DNA of 62,349 nucleotides, counting the filler, from Candidatus Woesearchaeota archaeon (GTDB taxonomy: Archaea > Nanobdellota > Nanobdellia > Woesearchaeales > DATGWN01): NCBI GenBank assembly GCA_047603125.1. It is 5 parts of 5 records of this genome, joined end to end, with 100 filler letters (N's around TTAATTAATTAA, not from the genome) between each part and the next. Parts side by side here need not be neighbours in the genome. Positions count along the whole stretch, not along the records: positions 26,728 to 53,037 come from JBLKOU010000011.1; positions 53,138 to 56,313 come from JBLKOU010000065.1; positions 56,414 to 59,357 come from JBLKOU010000066.1; 2 more parts are not named here. The stretch is one strand, 5' to 3'. Positions within the stretch are counted from its first letter, which is position 1; each line of letters starts with the position of its first letter. A program made the translations under genes and the position numbers. The notes beneath the pieces were generated by a model. The model made no database searches, had not been told where the DNA came from, and worked only from the letters and a program-made list of their open reading frames with translations. Below are positions 46,640 to 56,594 of the stretch, in pieces.

Positions 46640-47313
46640 TTTTGTATAAATCCAAGACCTTCGTCTGCGTTGACAATTTCTGGACCTGTGCTTGCTGTTC
46701 CAATTGCAAACCCATGCGTATTGCAAATAATAGCGCTCTTAATGTAGGGTGAGCCATTGTTAACAGTTGCAGGTGTGAGTGGAATGTCAAGAAGTTTTTC
46801 AAGCTGCTCAATTTGCTCATCACTCATATCGTAGTGTACTAGGCCGCCGTTTTTTGTTGCAACAATGCTTGAGCCAACAACGTCTGTGTCGGCAACATGG
46901 ATGCGCTTGATTGTAGAACATTGACATGTTTTGGCAATTAATTCAACAGCGACTTCTTCCATATCTTTATTTGCTAATAAGATATCTCCATGAATAAATA
47001 CATTATTTGCAAGTGCGGTGAATCGTGTTGGAATTTTTGTCACCGTAAAGCCCATCTTTTCTAGTGCTTGGACTTCATGGTCAAATGCAATATCGGGAAC
47101 GCATAAAATATCGTCTTTTCCGATAAGAAAAATACCCAGAAGTGATGTTCCGCAAATAGACATGTGATAAATTGATGTTTGGAGTGCCTCGCTTAAACTA
47201 TGCGTTTCTTTTTGAGTGACTGATTCACCCACGAGTGTGCGTGTATCTGTCGTGTATGCATATAATCCTATATTTGGATTTGCACTAAATGCGAGTCTAA
47301 TAACATGTACCAT
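46636..47313 (-). CDS. eif6: Translation initiation factor 6
   Basis: NPNIGLY, GTSLLG, ALANN, VGS...GGLVH, TVNNGSPY, TGPE. Confidence 0.93.
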   Translation of the reverse strand: MVHVIRLAFSANPNIGLYAYTTDTRTLVGESVTQKETHSLSEALQTSIYHMSICGTSLLGIFLIGKDDILCVPDIAFDHEVQALEKMGFTVTKIPTRFTALANNVFIHGDILLANKDMEEVAVELIAKTCQCSTIKRIHVADTDVVGSSIVATKNGGLVHYDMSDEQIEQLEKLLDIPLTPATVNNGSPYIKSAIICNTHGFAIGTASTGPEIVNADEGLGFIQK

Positions 47314-47344
47314 GGACTATTGAAAATCTGTGTCTTTTATAAAG

Positions 47345-48091
47345 CTATTCACGCACCAGTGTTTCAACATCAAAATCGCTAAAATGCTCTTTTTGATGCA
47401 AGTCAACCACTGCGAGGTTTCGTAGATGTAAGAGTGGAATAAATGTGAGTAATTTGTCTTGGCGTTCTTGTGTTGGTAAAAGCTCAGAAAACGAGACAAA
47501 TGATTTAGGGTGTGCAAATAATTGGCGCTTGACTGATTCAATAGATTGCGTTATATCAAAACTTTTTTGTGGAACGGTTATTTTTGGCGCATCAATAGGC
47601 CTATTTCGTGTGCTTCGCTTTTTTTCAAGCTCGAGTGCTTTTTCGAGTGCTTCAATAAGATCATAGACAGAAACCTTTCGTTTTCTTGTCTGTGGTGTTT
47701 TTGGTGTGATTGCAATTGTTTGTGAGACGGTATTTTGAACAAACTCTTGGTACTGGTCGTCATCTTCTCCTTCTAAGAGCTCTGGTTGCTCGTCGATTTG
47801 ATTCGTTGATGCAATGAGTTGATCAAGTATGGAAATATCATCTGTTAAAAATCGCCGTGATTTGAGTTTAAGCATGAGTGCTGAGGCTAAAATGATTTTG
47901 CCTGAAACCTTAAAGTTCATTTCTTGGTATTGCTTGAGCAGCGTTAAAAATTGCGATGCGATAAAGGAAATGTTAATGTCCCACGGATCCATTTGATTTG
48001 TTCGAACCGACTCTAAAATCATAGCCTTCCAGCTAATATCGTCTTGGCTGACAAGCTGCTCAAAGAATGCGTCTTGGGTTTGTGTAGGCAT
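47345..48091 (-). CDS. scpA: Segregation and condensation protein A (kleisin)
   Basis: MDPWDINI, SGKIILASALMLKLKS, RKVSVYDLIEAL, TFIPLLHL. Confidence 0.9.
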   Translation of the reverse strand: MPTQTQDAFFEQLVSQDDISWKAMILESVRTNQMDPWDINISFIASQFLTLLKQYQEMNFKVSGKIILASALMLKLKSRRFLTDDISILDQLIASTNQIDEQPELLEGEDDDQYQEFVQNTVSQTIAITPKTPQTRKRKVSVYDLIEALEKALELEKKRSTRNRPIDAPKITVPQKSFDITQSIESVKRQLFAHPKSFVSFSELLPTQERQDKLLTFIPLLHLRNLAVVDLHQKEHFSDFDVETLVRE

Positions 48092-48300
48092 GGTGGTGTT
48101 AAGCGGATAATGGTTTATAAAGTTTGAGATTTTATCTTGCTGAAATCCAGTTTATTTATAAAGGGGGACCTCATAGAGCTGTATTTTTGGATGCTAATTT
48201 AAAAATACGCCCATTAGTATACATTTCAGTAATATTTATATAATACAGGTGTTCTTTAGGTAGTAGTTTGGGGGATTTGTAGCTGTGCTACAAAAAAACA

Positions 48301-48687
48301 ATGGTAATATTATATGATATGTTTAATTTACCGGATGATGTATATGAGATAATCTTTGCAACGCCGCAACAAAAAATCGTGGCAAAGGTTCTCATTGACT
48401 TTATTCGTGAAAATGGTGGAGAGATTAATAAGACGCAAATGTCGTATTTTGCAACAAAACTCCATGACGGTGAGCTTGAAGCAGAGATTGATGAGCCTCA
48501 ATATAAAGGAAAATTAGTCAAACTCTCTTATAATAAGCGACAATTTTATGACCGAATTCTCACACCCATGAAAAGTATGGGGCTTGTTCAATTTAATTTA
48601 TACAAGAAGACCTATAAAATTTCCTCACAATTTGCAGATAATATTCGAAAAATCGGGCTTATGTGGAGCGAAGTGTATCATTCTTGA
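48301..48687 (+). CDS. Conserved hypothetical (winged-helix-like) protein
   Basis: 128-aa ORF; RQFYDRILTPMKSMGLV...KTYKIS. Confidence 0.7.
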   Translation: MVILYDMFNLPDDVYEIIFATPQQKIVAKVLIDFIRENGGEINKTQMSYFATKLHDGELEAEIDEPQYKGKLVKLSYNKRQFYDRILTPMKSMGLVQFNLYKKTYKISSQFADNIRKIGLMWSEVYHS

Positions 48688-49561
48688 GCAAGAAGAGTTG
48701 TTTTTTGAGTTTTTCAATTGAATCATCCCTTGTATAGTAGATGATGTGCTTTTTTTCTTTTTTGAGAAAATCAATGAATTCTTGGGATTGGTCTTCGCGT
48801 CCATGAGAAACGATAATACAGGCATCGCAGTGGTATTTGATTGCTAAAAATGCCTGTGTCTCAATTGCATTTTTTCTTTCTTTTCGAAATAAGACACCGG
48901 GTGTGTCGATGAGTTGAATTTTTTCTAATCCCTGTGTGATGTATCCAACATTGAGTGTTTTTGTTGTAAATTCATAGTTTGCAATTTCAGGAACGGAATT
49001 TGTAATTTTTGCAAAGAGTGTTGTTTTTCCTACATTTGGCATTCCAACAATACAAATTGTAAAAAGCTGGGACTTAATACTGGGAAACGCGCGAAAAACT
49101 TTTCTTGCATGATCAAGGATTGCAAGAGACTCGCTGAGTTGCTTGAAAACAGAGCTAATTCGACCGATTGCAGCACCCACATGTTTTTTACAATCTTCTG
49201 TTGTTCGCGCACCACTAATCTTTTTCACATACATGGATTGAAAATGTGTTATTTTTTCACAGCCCCAGATAAGTGCGCCAAGAGATTTTTTGAGCTCACC
49301 AATGTCAAGAGAACTTTTTGTTAATTGTAAATAAAAGGGTGTAAATTGGTCAATGGATGGAAAATGATTATGAATAGAGCGTAATTGTTCTTGTAATGTT
49401 TGACAAATAGTATCAATTTTGACACTTGAAGATTTTTTTGTTTTGAGCGTGTAATCGCGAATACCTTTTTTGACTTCTTGTGCGCGTTTTTTTGATCGCT
49501 TAATAGCAACATCAATGTAAAAGTCGGATTTTTCTATTTTTGGTATATCTAAAAAACTCAT
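48659..49561 (-). CDS. NOG1-family GTPase
   Basis: NOG1 N-terminal helical domain, GMPNVGKT, YEFTTK, DTPG. Confidence 0.9.
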   Translation of the reverse strand: MSFLDIPKIEKSDFYIDVAIKRSKKRAQEVKKGIRDYTLKTKKSSSVKIDTICQTLQEQLRSIHNHFPSIDQFTPFYLQLTKSSLDIGELKKSLGALIWGCEKITHFQSMYVKKISGARTTEDCKKHVGAAIGRISSVFKQLSESLAILDHARKVFRAFPSIKSQLFTICIVGMPNVGKTTLFAKITNSVPEIANYEFTTKTLNVGYITQGLEKIQLIDTPGVLFRKERKNAIETQAFLAIKYHCDACIIVSHGREDQSQEFIDFLKKEKKHIIYYTRDDSIEKLKKQLFLLKNDTLRST

Positions 49562-50229
49562 TTTTTCTTACACACGACAAGAAGATGATCTTGCTCAAAT
49601 GGCTCAAGTGTTTTTTGATCAACAATGATGAGCTCTTTTTCAATTGCCGCTTTTACTTGTCGAAAAATTTCTCTTGGTTTTTTTGCTACATCAATTGAGC
49701 GAGCCTTAATCGAGAGAAGAGCAAAACCGCCCGGCTTGACAAATGCATGTGTGTTTTGTAAAAATATGTCAACTTGATTTTTTTGTGCAATGTCCATAAA
49801 CAATGTGTCAACTGTTTGAACATGTTGTGTAAGTGTGGTAATAATACTTGCATCTGCAAGAATGGGAACAATGTTTGTTCGTTTTTTTGCAAGAAAATAG
49901 AGTTCGCGCAATACCCGTGGTGCGACATCAACAGCATAGACGGGTGCATCTTGAACAATTTCGCTCACATGGGAGACTGTTGTCCCAGTTGAGCATCCTA
50001 AATATAAAACGCTTGTGTGCGGCTTGATTCCAATTTGAGAGATTCCGTTTTTAATTGCCGCTCCAAGCTTACTTCTTCTTGGATCCCAAATTCGATATTC
50101 TTCTCCTTTTTCTCGCATGAGTCTCTCGCCATACACTTGTTCACCCTCAACAGCATTTTTTGTACACAATAATGACCCTTTTTTATAGACACCAAGCATA
50201 TGTTGTTCAAGTTGTGGCTTTTTTTTCAT
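49558..50229 (-). CDS. flpA: Fibrillarin-like rRNA/tRNA 2'-O-methyltransferase
   Basis: VYGE, YRIWDPRRSKLGAAI, VLYLG..GTTVSHVS, IKARSID, LEPF..DH. Confidence 0.96.
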   Translation of the reverse strand: MKKKPQLEQHMLGVYKKGSLLCTKNAVEGEQVYGERLMREKGEEYRIWDPRRSKLGAAIKNGISQIGIKPHTSVLYLGCSTGTTVSHVSEIVQDAPVYAVDVAPRVLRELYFLAKKRTNIVPILADASIITTLTQHVQTVDTLFMDIAQKNQVDIFLQNTHAFVKPGGFALLSIKARSIDVAKKPREIFRQVKAAIEKELIIVDQKTLEPFEQDHLLVVCKKK

Positions 50230-51167
50230 GTGTTACTCACCCGTTCAACTTTTTTGAGTAATTGTTGTGCAAGTGTGCTATCGGCACTTTGAAAATAATC
50301 TGCTCGTGCACTAATAACAAGAACATTTGCAAGTGCGCGTGCCGTTTTCCCTTTGTTTTTTGATTTTGCAACGAGGGGATGTTGATATAAAATACCGTAT
50401 TTTGGTGGCTTTGAGCCTGTTTTTAAGTGGCGAAAGAGTGCTTTTTCTGCGCCAAGTACCTGCATTGTTGAGGCGGTGAGTCTCGAGAGATTTTTGGCAC
50501 TTTGTGCAATTGAGAGAAGCTTTGCACCAATTTGTGCGCCAGCAATTGCACTAAATGTTGGTAAGTGTGCAAACATGCATTGCTGGACATACTCACTTGT
50601 TTGATCGCGAAGTTGTGTGAGCTCATAAATGCCTTTTGCCATTTGTCGAATCATTTGCATATCACTTTGAGGAAATTCAACAAAGAGTTCCCCCTGTTGT
50701 GTGTCTTGTTCAAGGGTGAGTGTTTTTGCAAAGGCTTGGTGCGATGCAATTTTTTTAGAAATTTCAGGATTGTGCCACTCATACCATTCACGTAATCGTC
50801 TTGAGAGCACATTAATTTGTGTGTCAAGCTCACTAATGGAGCGAATTGCCTGTATACAAGAAACATCCCAATTATAGACTTGTAATTTATGTGCGGTTAG
50901 GGTTGTGCTCACCTGGGCGTTTGGTTTTGCATGCACAAGTATTTTTGCCAAAATTTGCGGGTTTGTGACTGTTTTATTTGTATGTTTTTTATAATTACAA
51001 AATCGGATGTTTGCAAATTCACTTTCAAGCTTTTTTTCTGTTTGGCAAAGCTCATACTCACCGACTGAGAGCATTTCTTGCTCGTTTAATGTGTGAGTTT
51101 GCAAAATAGCAAAATTCTCGTCTAGAACATACAATGTTTTTGCGCTGACAAATGCATACATAGGCAT
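50226..51167 (-). CDS. nop5: Nop5 (Nop56/58) C/D box sRNP protein
   Basis: RLREWY...PE, ASTMQVLGAEKALFRHL, PPKYGILYQHP, GK.AR. Confidence 0.93.
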   Translation of the reverse strand: MPMYAFVSAKTLYVLDENFAILQTHTLNEQEMLSVGEYELCQTEKKLESEFANIRFCNYKKHTNKTVTNPQILAKILVHAKPNAQVSTTLTAHKLQVYNWDVSCIQAIRSISELDTQINVLSRRLREWYEWHNPEISKKIASHQAFAKTLTLEQDTQQGELFVEFPQSDMQMIRQMAKGIYELTQLRDQTSEYVQQCMFAHLPTFSAIAGAQIGAKLLSIAQSAKNLSRLTASTMQVLGAEKALFRHLKTGSKPPKYGILYQHPLVAKSKNKGKTARALANVLVISARADYFQSADSTLAQQLLKKVERVSNT

Positions 51168-51184
51168 GAAGAAAAGCTTGTGCT

Positions 51185-51694
51185 TTATAAATCTACTGAG
51201 TACGGGCAAAACCGATTCATAACTGCTTGCTGGTCTTGGTAGAGTAGGTGAATGGTCTGTACAATTTGTGGGGTGAGATGTGCTTGTCCGTCAAGTACAT
51301 GACTCAAGCGTGCGCATGCCACGAGTTGCCGGTTTAAAATATGTCGTAATTGCTCGAGATGTTGTACTTGTGTTGCAATCTGCCAAACATGGCTGGCTTC
51401 TTTTGGATGATATTGCTGGTTTGTGAGCAGCGCTTCATAGACATGATCCCAGCTATGCTTTGCATGTTTTGTAATCGTTGAAAAAGATGCAATGATGTGG
51501 TGTTTTTGCTCATCGCTGAGTGTGAGGTGTTCGTGTGTATTTGGTGTGAATTTTATTGTTGACCACGCAGGTTTTTCTGTGTGGTTGATAAAGTGCATAA
51601 GCTTTTGTACTCCTATATGAACTGTTGGGAGTGTAGGAGATTGGAGTAATTTCAATAATTCTTGTTTTTGCTTAAGAAGTGTTTGCGCAGTCAT
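51185..51694 (-). CDS. Hypothetical protein
   Basis: 169-aa His/Gln-rich ORF with a TATA-like box upstream. Confidence 0.55.
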   Translation of the reverse strand: MTAQTLLKQKQELLKLLQSPTLPTVHIGVQKLMHFINHTEKPAWSTIKFTPNTHEHLTLSDEQKHHIIASFSTITKHAKHSWDHVYEALLTNQQYHPKEASHVWQIATQVQHLEQLRHILNRQLVACARLSHVLDGQAHLTPQIVQTIHLLYQDQQAVMNRFCPYSVDL

Positions 51695-51742
51695 TATGTG
51701 TCTTACGGGATTTTTTATTTAAAAAGGCATTGTTTTTCTCAA

Positions 51743-52924
51743 TCAAAAAAAGAATGGAATAAGTAACGCCGCAAGCAAAATATACAATGCTGCACCGCAA
51801 ATAATATGATAAATTTTATTTGCTTGATTTGGGTACCATTTTTGTGCAAAGATACGAACGAATTGTCCGCCGTCCGTGATATAGAGTGGCATTAAATTAA
51901 TGAGTCCAATACCAAGATTAAAAATAAATAACCATTTGATGAGCTCTTTTATCCACTCATAGGGTTTGTGAAGATTCTCTGAAAAGTCTTGACTGTAGTC
52001 ATATCGTGTGTGAATACCAATAATACCTAAATATGCGCGACCGGGAATGTTCGGATGCTCATCAAGGGTTATTACATGGGTTCTATTCTCATTGCCTAAA
52101 TAAATGGTGTCTCCCGGTTGATATCGGTATTGCAAATGTGCAAAAAAAAGATTCGGGTCAATGGTTTGATTATTATATGTGCTATAAATTGTTCGAGCTT
52201 GTACTCCTGCAATGCCGGCAGCATGTGATTGGTTGACTTGCTCAAAATAAATTCCTTCAAATTCTAAGACTTGTGCGTCGATTGCAGGAAATAAAAATAA
52301 GAGCATGAGTGCAAATGGTATTGCAAGTAAAATATTAGAAATTGGACCTGCACCTAAAACGGCATATTGAATATAATCTTTTGTTTTTTGAAACTTTTTT
52401 TGATTTGGTTCAACAAAGGCTGCTGGGATGACTGGAATCCATCGAAAGAGACTCAAAAACGCAAATCCGCTTGAGTCCACAGGAACCTTCCATGCGCGTG
52501 CGACAACTCCGTGTGCGAATTCATGAACCGTTGCAAGAATAAATATTGCAATAATCCAGTGAACGAATGATAAATATCCTAAATGAGGAATTTCTTGAAA
52601 GGGAAGGACGAGTGCGACTTGTTGTAAGCTTGGTGTTTCCAGTAGTGTTCGTACCATAAAGACAAGTAAAATTAAGTTGAGTGCAATTCCTAAAAATCCT
52701 GCTCCTATGCTAATGTAGCCAAACATCTGCACCCACGCAGTGTACTTTTTTGCAATATAGTCCATGAGTGCAATACCCCATTTTCGTTTTACTAAGACCA
52801 TGGAGATAATATGTACTGGTCCAAATGCAAGAATGGGTTGTAAGATAATTGACTTTCTTCTCCAGACAAGATAGGCAATTGCAAAGACAACAAATGTGAT
52901 AAAAAGGATGAAGTCAAAAATCAT
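51743..52924 (-). CDS. Site-2 protease (M50) with PDZ-like insert
   Basis: HEFAH, AFVEP, AGP.SN, NLMP...DGG; multiple TM helices. Confidence 0.93.
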   Translation of the reverse strand: MIFDFILFITFVVFAIAYLVWRRKSIILQPILAFGPVHIISMVLVKRKWGIALMDYIAKKYTAWVQMFGYISIGAGFLGIALNLILLVFMVRTLLETPSLQQVALVLPFQEIPHLGYLSFVHWIIAIFILATVHEFAHGVVARAWKVPVDSSGFAFLSLFRWIPVIPAAFVEPNQKKFQKTKDYIQYAVLGAGPISNILLAIPFALMLLFLFPAIDAQVLEFEGIYFEQVNQSHAAGIAGVQARTIYSTYNNQTIDPNLFFAHLQYRYQPGDTIYLGNENRTHVITLDEHPNIPGRAYLGIIGIHTRYDYSQDFSENLHKPYEWIKELIKWLFIFNLGIGLINLMPLYITDGGQFVRIFAQKWYPNQANKIYHIICGAALYILLAALLIPFFF

Positions 52925-52969
52925 GGAGTGAATGGGGAATGTTCTCTTTAAAAAAGTATTGAAAAATGG

Positions 52970-53037
52970 GGCTCTATCCAAAAAATAAGAAAATAGAGCA
53001 CCTTGCAGCAAAGTCAGAAAATTTGGTGATTGTCTGC
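52970..53037 (-). repeat. Structured element family B, long subtype, cut by contig end
   Basis: ATCCAAAAAATAAGAAAA..GAGCACCTTGCAG.AAAGTCAGAAAATTTGGTGATT matches 59077 onward and the reverse complement of 25750-25810. Confidence 0.85.
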
Positions 53038-53137
53038 NNNNNNNNNNNNNNNNNNNNNNNNNNNNNNNNNNNNNNNNNNNNTTAATTAATTAANNNNNNN
53101 NNNNNNNNNNNNNNNNNNNNNNNNNNNNNNNNNNNNN
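53038..53137. other. Artificial contig linker
   Basis: N44-TTAATTAATTAA-N44. Confidence 0.98.
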
Positions 53138-53455
53138 AGACAAGATTTACAATTACCAAAAGGCAAAGTCGCAGCTCAAGTAGCACACGCATCAGTTACA
53201 TGCTACAGTAAGGCTGGATTTCTTAAAAGGAATAAATGGATGAAAACAGGCATGAAGAAAATAGTTCTTAAAGTAAAAACCGTTGATGAACTTCAAGACA
53301 TTAAAAAACGCGCCAAAAAGAAAGGACTCACAACTGCGCTCATTGCAGATGCAGGCCACACTGTTGTTGAGGCTGGAACAATTACATGTTTAGGAATTGG
53401 TCCAGATGAAGACGCTCTTATCGACACTGTTACTGGAGAATTACAGATGCTTTAA
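53138..53455 (+). CDS. pth2: Peptidyl-tRNA hydrolase Pth2 (5' partial)
   Basis: Open frame from the contig edge: RQDLQLPKGKVAAQVAHA...KIVLKV...DAGHT...GTITCLGIGP. Confidence 0.93.
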   Translation, partial: RQDLQLPKGKVAAQVAHASVTCYSKAGFLKRNKWMKTGMKKIVLKVKTVDELQDIKKRAKKKGLTTALIADAGHTVVEAGTITCLGIGPDEDALIDTVTGELQML

Positions 53456-53527
53456 AAAAGCATTTGATAAGAAAAGGATAAATTCATCGAGGGAAATCTT
53501 TAAAAATACCAACATTTAAGAAATATT

Positions 53528-54694
53528 ATGTCCAACGAAGAAGCATACGAAAAAGCAAAAAAAATATTATATGAGTGTTCAACAAAACACGGATTCATTG
53601 CTGCAAAAAAACAAAAAAAGGGAAATTATAATCGTATTTGGGCAAGAGATTCTATGATTTGCAGTATAAGTGCATTTATGAGTGATGATCCAAAACTTAT
53701 AGGAACAGCAAAACAATCATTAGTAACATTAATTAAAAACCAACATGAACAGGGAGAAATACCTAGTAATGTTGACCCTCTAAAAAATAAAGTAAGTTTT
53801 GGTGGAACATCTGGACGCGTTGATGCACAATTATGGTTTCTCATTGGTTTTGGTCAATACGTCAAAAAAACAAACGACCGCACATTTGCAAAAGCCCATT
53901 TCAAACAATTCGAAAAAACAATTCAGCTCGTACGTATTTATGAATTCAATCACAAAAGTCTGATTTATGTTCCGCAATCAGGAGATTGGGCTGACGAATA
54001 TATTCAAGAAGGATACGTACTCTATGACCAACTATTATACTACCAAGCATTTTGCGAGTATGCATATTTACAAGAACTACTTAAGAAACCATATACACAA
54101 ACAAAAGAAAAAATAAAACGCATAAAAGAAACCATCCGTATTAATTATTGGCCAATCAAGAAGAATCTTACAAAAGCATTCCACAGAAATTTATACGCGC
54201 AATACACAAACTCAAAAAGACCATATCTTCTCCCTTTCTTTCATCCTGGACATTATGGATTACATTTTGATTTATTTGCAAATAGTTTAGCAATGCTCTT
54301 ACATATCACAACACCTTTTCAAAAAAAGCGTATCATAAAATTTGTTACTGAATCCTTTGAGCTTCCACCATGTTTTGCCCCCACAATTACCAAAAGAAAT
54401 CCGTTATACAAAAAGCTTGAAGTTAATTATGGACATACATTTCGAAATTATCCACATCAATATCATAATGGAGGTATCTGGCCCATGATACTTGGGTTTT
54501 ATGTAAGTGCAAGCCCTAACAAAAAACTACTCAATAAACTTGTGTCATTAGTTAAACAAAATAATTGGGAATATAATGAAGTATATCATGGAAAAAAACT
54601 TATTCCTCATGGCACTCCTTCTCAAGCATGGAGTGCAGCAGGTATTATACTTGCATATGAAACACAAAAGAACAAAAAGAAGGTATTTTTATGA
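53528..54694 (+). CDS. GH100-like (alkaline/neutral invertase-related) (alpha/alpha)6 glycoside hydrolase
   Basis: NYNRIWARDS, GEIPSNV, VDAQLWF, YHNGGIWP, QAWSAAG. Confidence 0.8.
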   Translation: MSNEEAYEKAKKILYECSTKHGFIAAKKQKKGNYNRIWARDSMICSISAFMSDDPKLIGTAKQSLVTLIKNQHEQGEIPSNVDPLKNKVSFGGTSGRVDAQLWFLIGFGQYVKKTNDRTFAKAHFKQFEKTIQLVRIYEFNHKSLIYVPQSGDWADEYIQEGYVLYDQLLYYQAFCEYAYLQELLKKPYTQTKEKIKRIKETIRINYWPIKKNLTKAFHRNLYAQYTNSKRPYLLPFFHPGHYGLHFDLFANSLAMLLHITTPFQKKRIIKFVTESFELPPCFAPTITKRNPLYKKLEVNYGHTFRNYPHQYHNGGIWPMILGFYVSASPNKKLLNKLVSLVKQNNWEYNEVYHGKKLIPHGTPSQAWSAAGIILAYETQKNKKKVFL

Positions 54695-55488
54695 AAATCA
54701 TTGCAACAGACCTTGATCGAACACTTTTACCAAACGGATCACAAAAAAAAGACAACCACATCTACAAAAAACTACGTGCATTTCTCAAAAAAAATAATAT
54801 CAGTGTCATTTACGTTACAGGAAGAAGAAAGGAACAAATCCCTTCAGTTATCAAACGCTATAATCTTCCTCATCCATTATATTGCATAACAAACGTTGGA
54901 ACGCAAGTATATTCATACAAAAATGGAATATTTCAACCGATGCAAAACTGGGAAAAAGAGTTACATAAACAATGGAAACCAGGTTTTGATATGTTTGTTG
55001 AAGAAAAACTCAAGAGCAGTAAAATACTCAAACCCCAAAGCCCTGCAACAAAAAATCAATTTAAACGAAGCTATTTGGCAAACCCAAAAATATCTCAATC
55101 ACGAATCAAATCTGATGTAGCACAACGATTAAAAAATATCCCTTACAAATTAACCTATAGCATCGATGCAAACAGAAATATTGCACAAATCGATATAATG
55201 CCACCAAAAGCAAACAAAAAAAATGCACTGCAATTTCTCTTAAAACAAATCAAACCAACTGATGTGCTCACAGCAGGAGATTCAGGCAATGACATTTCAA
55301 TGTTAACGCACACTTGGAAAAGTGTTCTTGTTAAAAACGCAAAAAATAATGTAAAAGAAGAATATAAAAAAAGCCCACACCCTAGCAAAAGATATATTGC
55401 AACAGGAAAGTACAAAAATAGTAACGGAAATTATGCATCAGGAATCATTGAGGCTCTCATCCATTATGGGTGGATTAAAAGATTCTAA
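54691..55488 (+). CDS. HAD-IIB sucrose-phosphate phosphatase-like hydrolase
   Basis: TDLDRTLLPNG, YVTGR, DIMP..ANK..A, AGDSGND, GNYASGIIE. Confidence 0.85.
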   Translation: MKIIATDLDRTLLPNGSQKKDNHIYKKLRAFLKKNNISVIYVTGRRKEQIPSVIKRYNLPHPLYCITNVGTQVYSYKNGIFQPMQNWEKELHKQWKPGFDMFVEEKLKSSKILKPQSPATKNQFKRSYLANPKISQSRIKSDVAQRLKNIPYKLTYSIDANRNIAQIDIMPPKANKKNALQFLLKQIKPTDVLTAGDSGNDISMLTHTWKSVLVKNAKNNVKEEYKKSPHPSKRYIATGKYKNSNGNYASGIIEALIHYGWIKRF

Positions 55489-55559
55489 ATTTTTAACTAT
55501 ATTCAACCACTTCCCTAACACATAATCTTTTTAAACAAACCTATTTTCTCCTCAGTAAC

Positions 55560-55634
55560 GGGCCCATAACTCAGTCTGGTTAGAGTGTTCGGCTCTTAAC
55601 CGAAATGCCAGGGGTTCAAATCCCCTTGGGCTCA
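55560..55634 (+). tRNA. tRNA-Lys(CTT)
   Basis: Acceptor GGGCCCA/TGGGCTC, anticodon arm TTCGG-CT-CTT-AA-CCGAA, T arm GGGG-TTCAAAT-CCCC; no intron, CCA not encoded; TTTTTAAA upstream, T-rich tail. Confidence 0.93.
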
Positions 55635-55701
55635 TTTTCTATTTTAGAATTATCAAGTAAAACAAAACGCACTTTTAATTCAAAACCACAACAAGAAAAA
55701 A

Positions 55702-56157
55702 CTAATCCAATTCAACTTTGCCATATTTAACTGCAGTTGAAATAATATAACTAGCAATAATATGAGCTTCTGAAACAGCAATATCAATCGCACGCGTTAA
55801 CACACTAATTAATAAAATCAAAATTGTTGTTCCTAAAATACCTGAAATAACTGTTGCTAGAAGAACAGCCTCACGTAAAATAATAAAATTACCAAAAATA
55901 GCGCCAAATAAAGAAATATAAAGCAAGATAAAACAAATCGCACGAGATGTCTTCAAAAACTTAGCGCGTTTGCGAATCACATCTAAAACAACAACTTTCT
56001 CATTCACAGTTTCACGAACTTTCTTAGGACACTTTTTATTTATAAATTCAATTTGCGGTTGAAGTGTTGCAGAAATACGCGTTGTCCTATCAATAGAATA
56101 CCTACGCAAAAAAGGTTTAACACCACCTAATTCCTCCACACGCTTTAATGGCTTCAT
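55702..56157 (-). CDS. Hypothetical two-TM membrane protein
   Basis: 151-aa ORF with two hydrophobic helices; TTTTTATA upstream. Confidence 0.6.
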   Translation of the reverse strand: MKPLKRVEELGGVKPFLRRYSIDRTTRISATLQPQIEFINKKCPKKVRETVNEKVVVLDVIRKRAKFLKTSRAICFILLYISLFGAIFGNFIILREAVLLATVISGILGTTILILLISVLTRAIDIAVSEAHIIASYIISTAVKYGKVELD

Positions 56158-56313
56158 ACATAAACATAAATAACAATACTATAAAAAACTTTTCAATCAA
56201 ATTAAGTAAAAAGTCAGCTTTGCCCATTGAGGCGTCTATGTCTCTTGATAAAGAGACAGATAAATTCCCCTGCAAGGTGATTTTTACGCATACATACCAA
56301 AACTACATATAAA

Positions 56314-56413
56314 NNNNNNNNNNNNNNNNNNNNNNNNNNNNNNNNNNNNNNNNNNNNTTAATTAATTAANNNNNNNNNNNNNNNNNNNNNNNNNNNNNNN
56401 NNNNNNNNNNNNN
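56314..56413. other. Artificial contig linker
   Basis: N44-TTAATTAATTAA-N44. Confidence 0.98.
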
Positions 56414-56594
56414 ACTCCCCTTTAAAAGAATTGTGTTACAACTAAAAAGTTAGATACATATTGCATACCAAGTCTCGATGACACGAACAGGAAGATTTAT
56501 AAACTGCAATAGCCGGAAATAAAATTAGACTGGAAAATTAAGTTACAAGCATATCACTTCGATATCACGTGACAAAACAGGGGCTGACTGCAAA

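Noticed and set aside
52925..53011. N-terminal extension of the site-2 protease and the 58924-59280 ORF, which share LQGA.FSYFLD
   Set aside because: The shared peptide is just translation of the family B repeat, not a protein domain.
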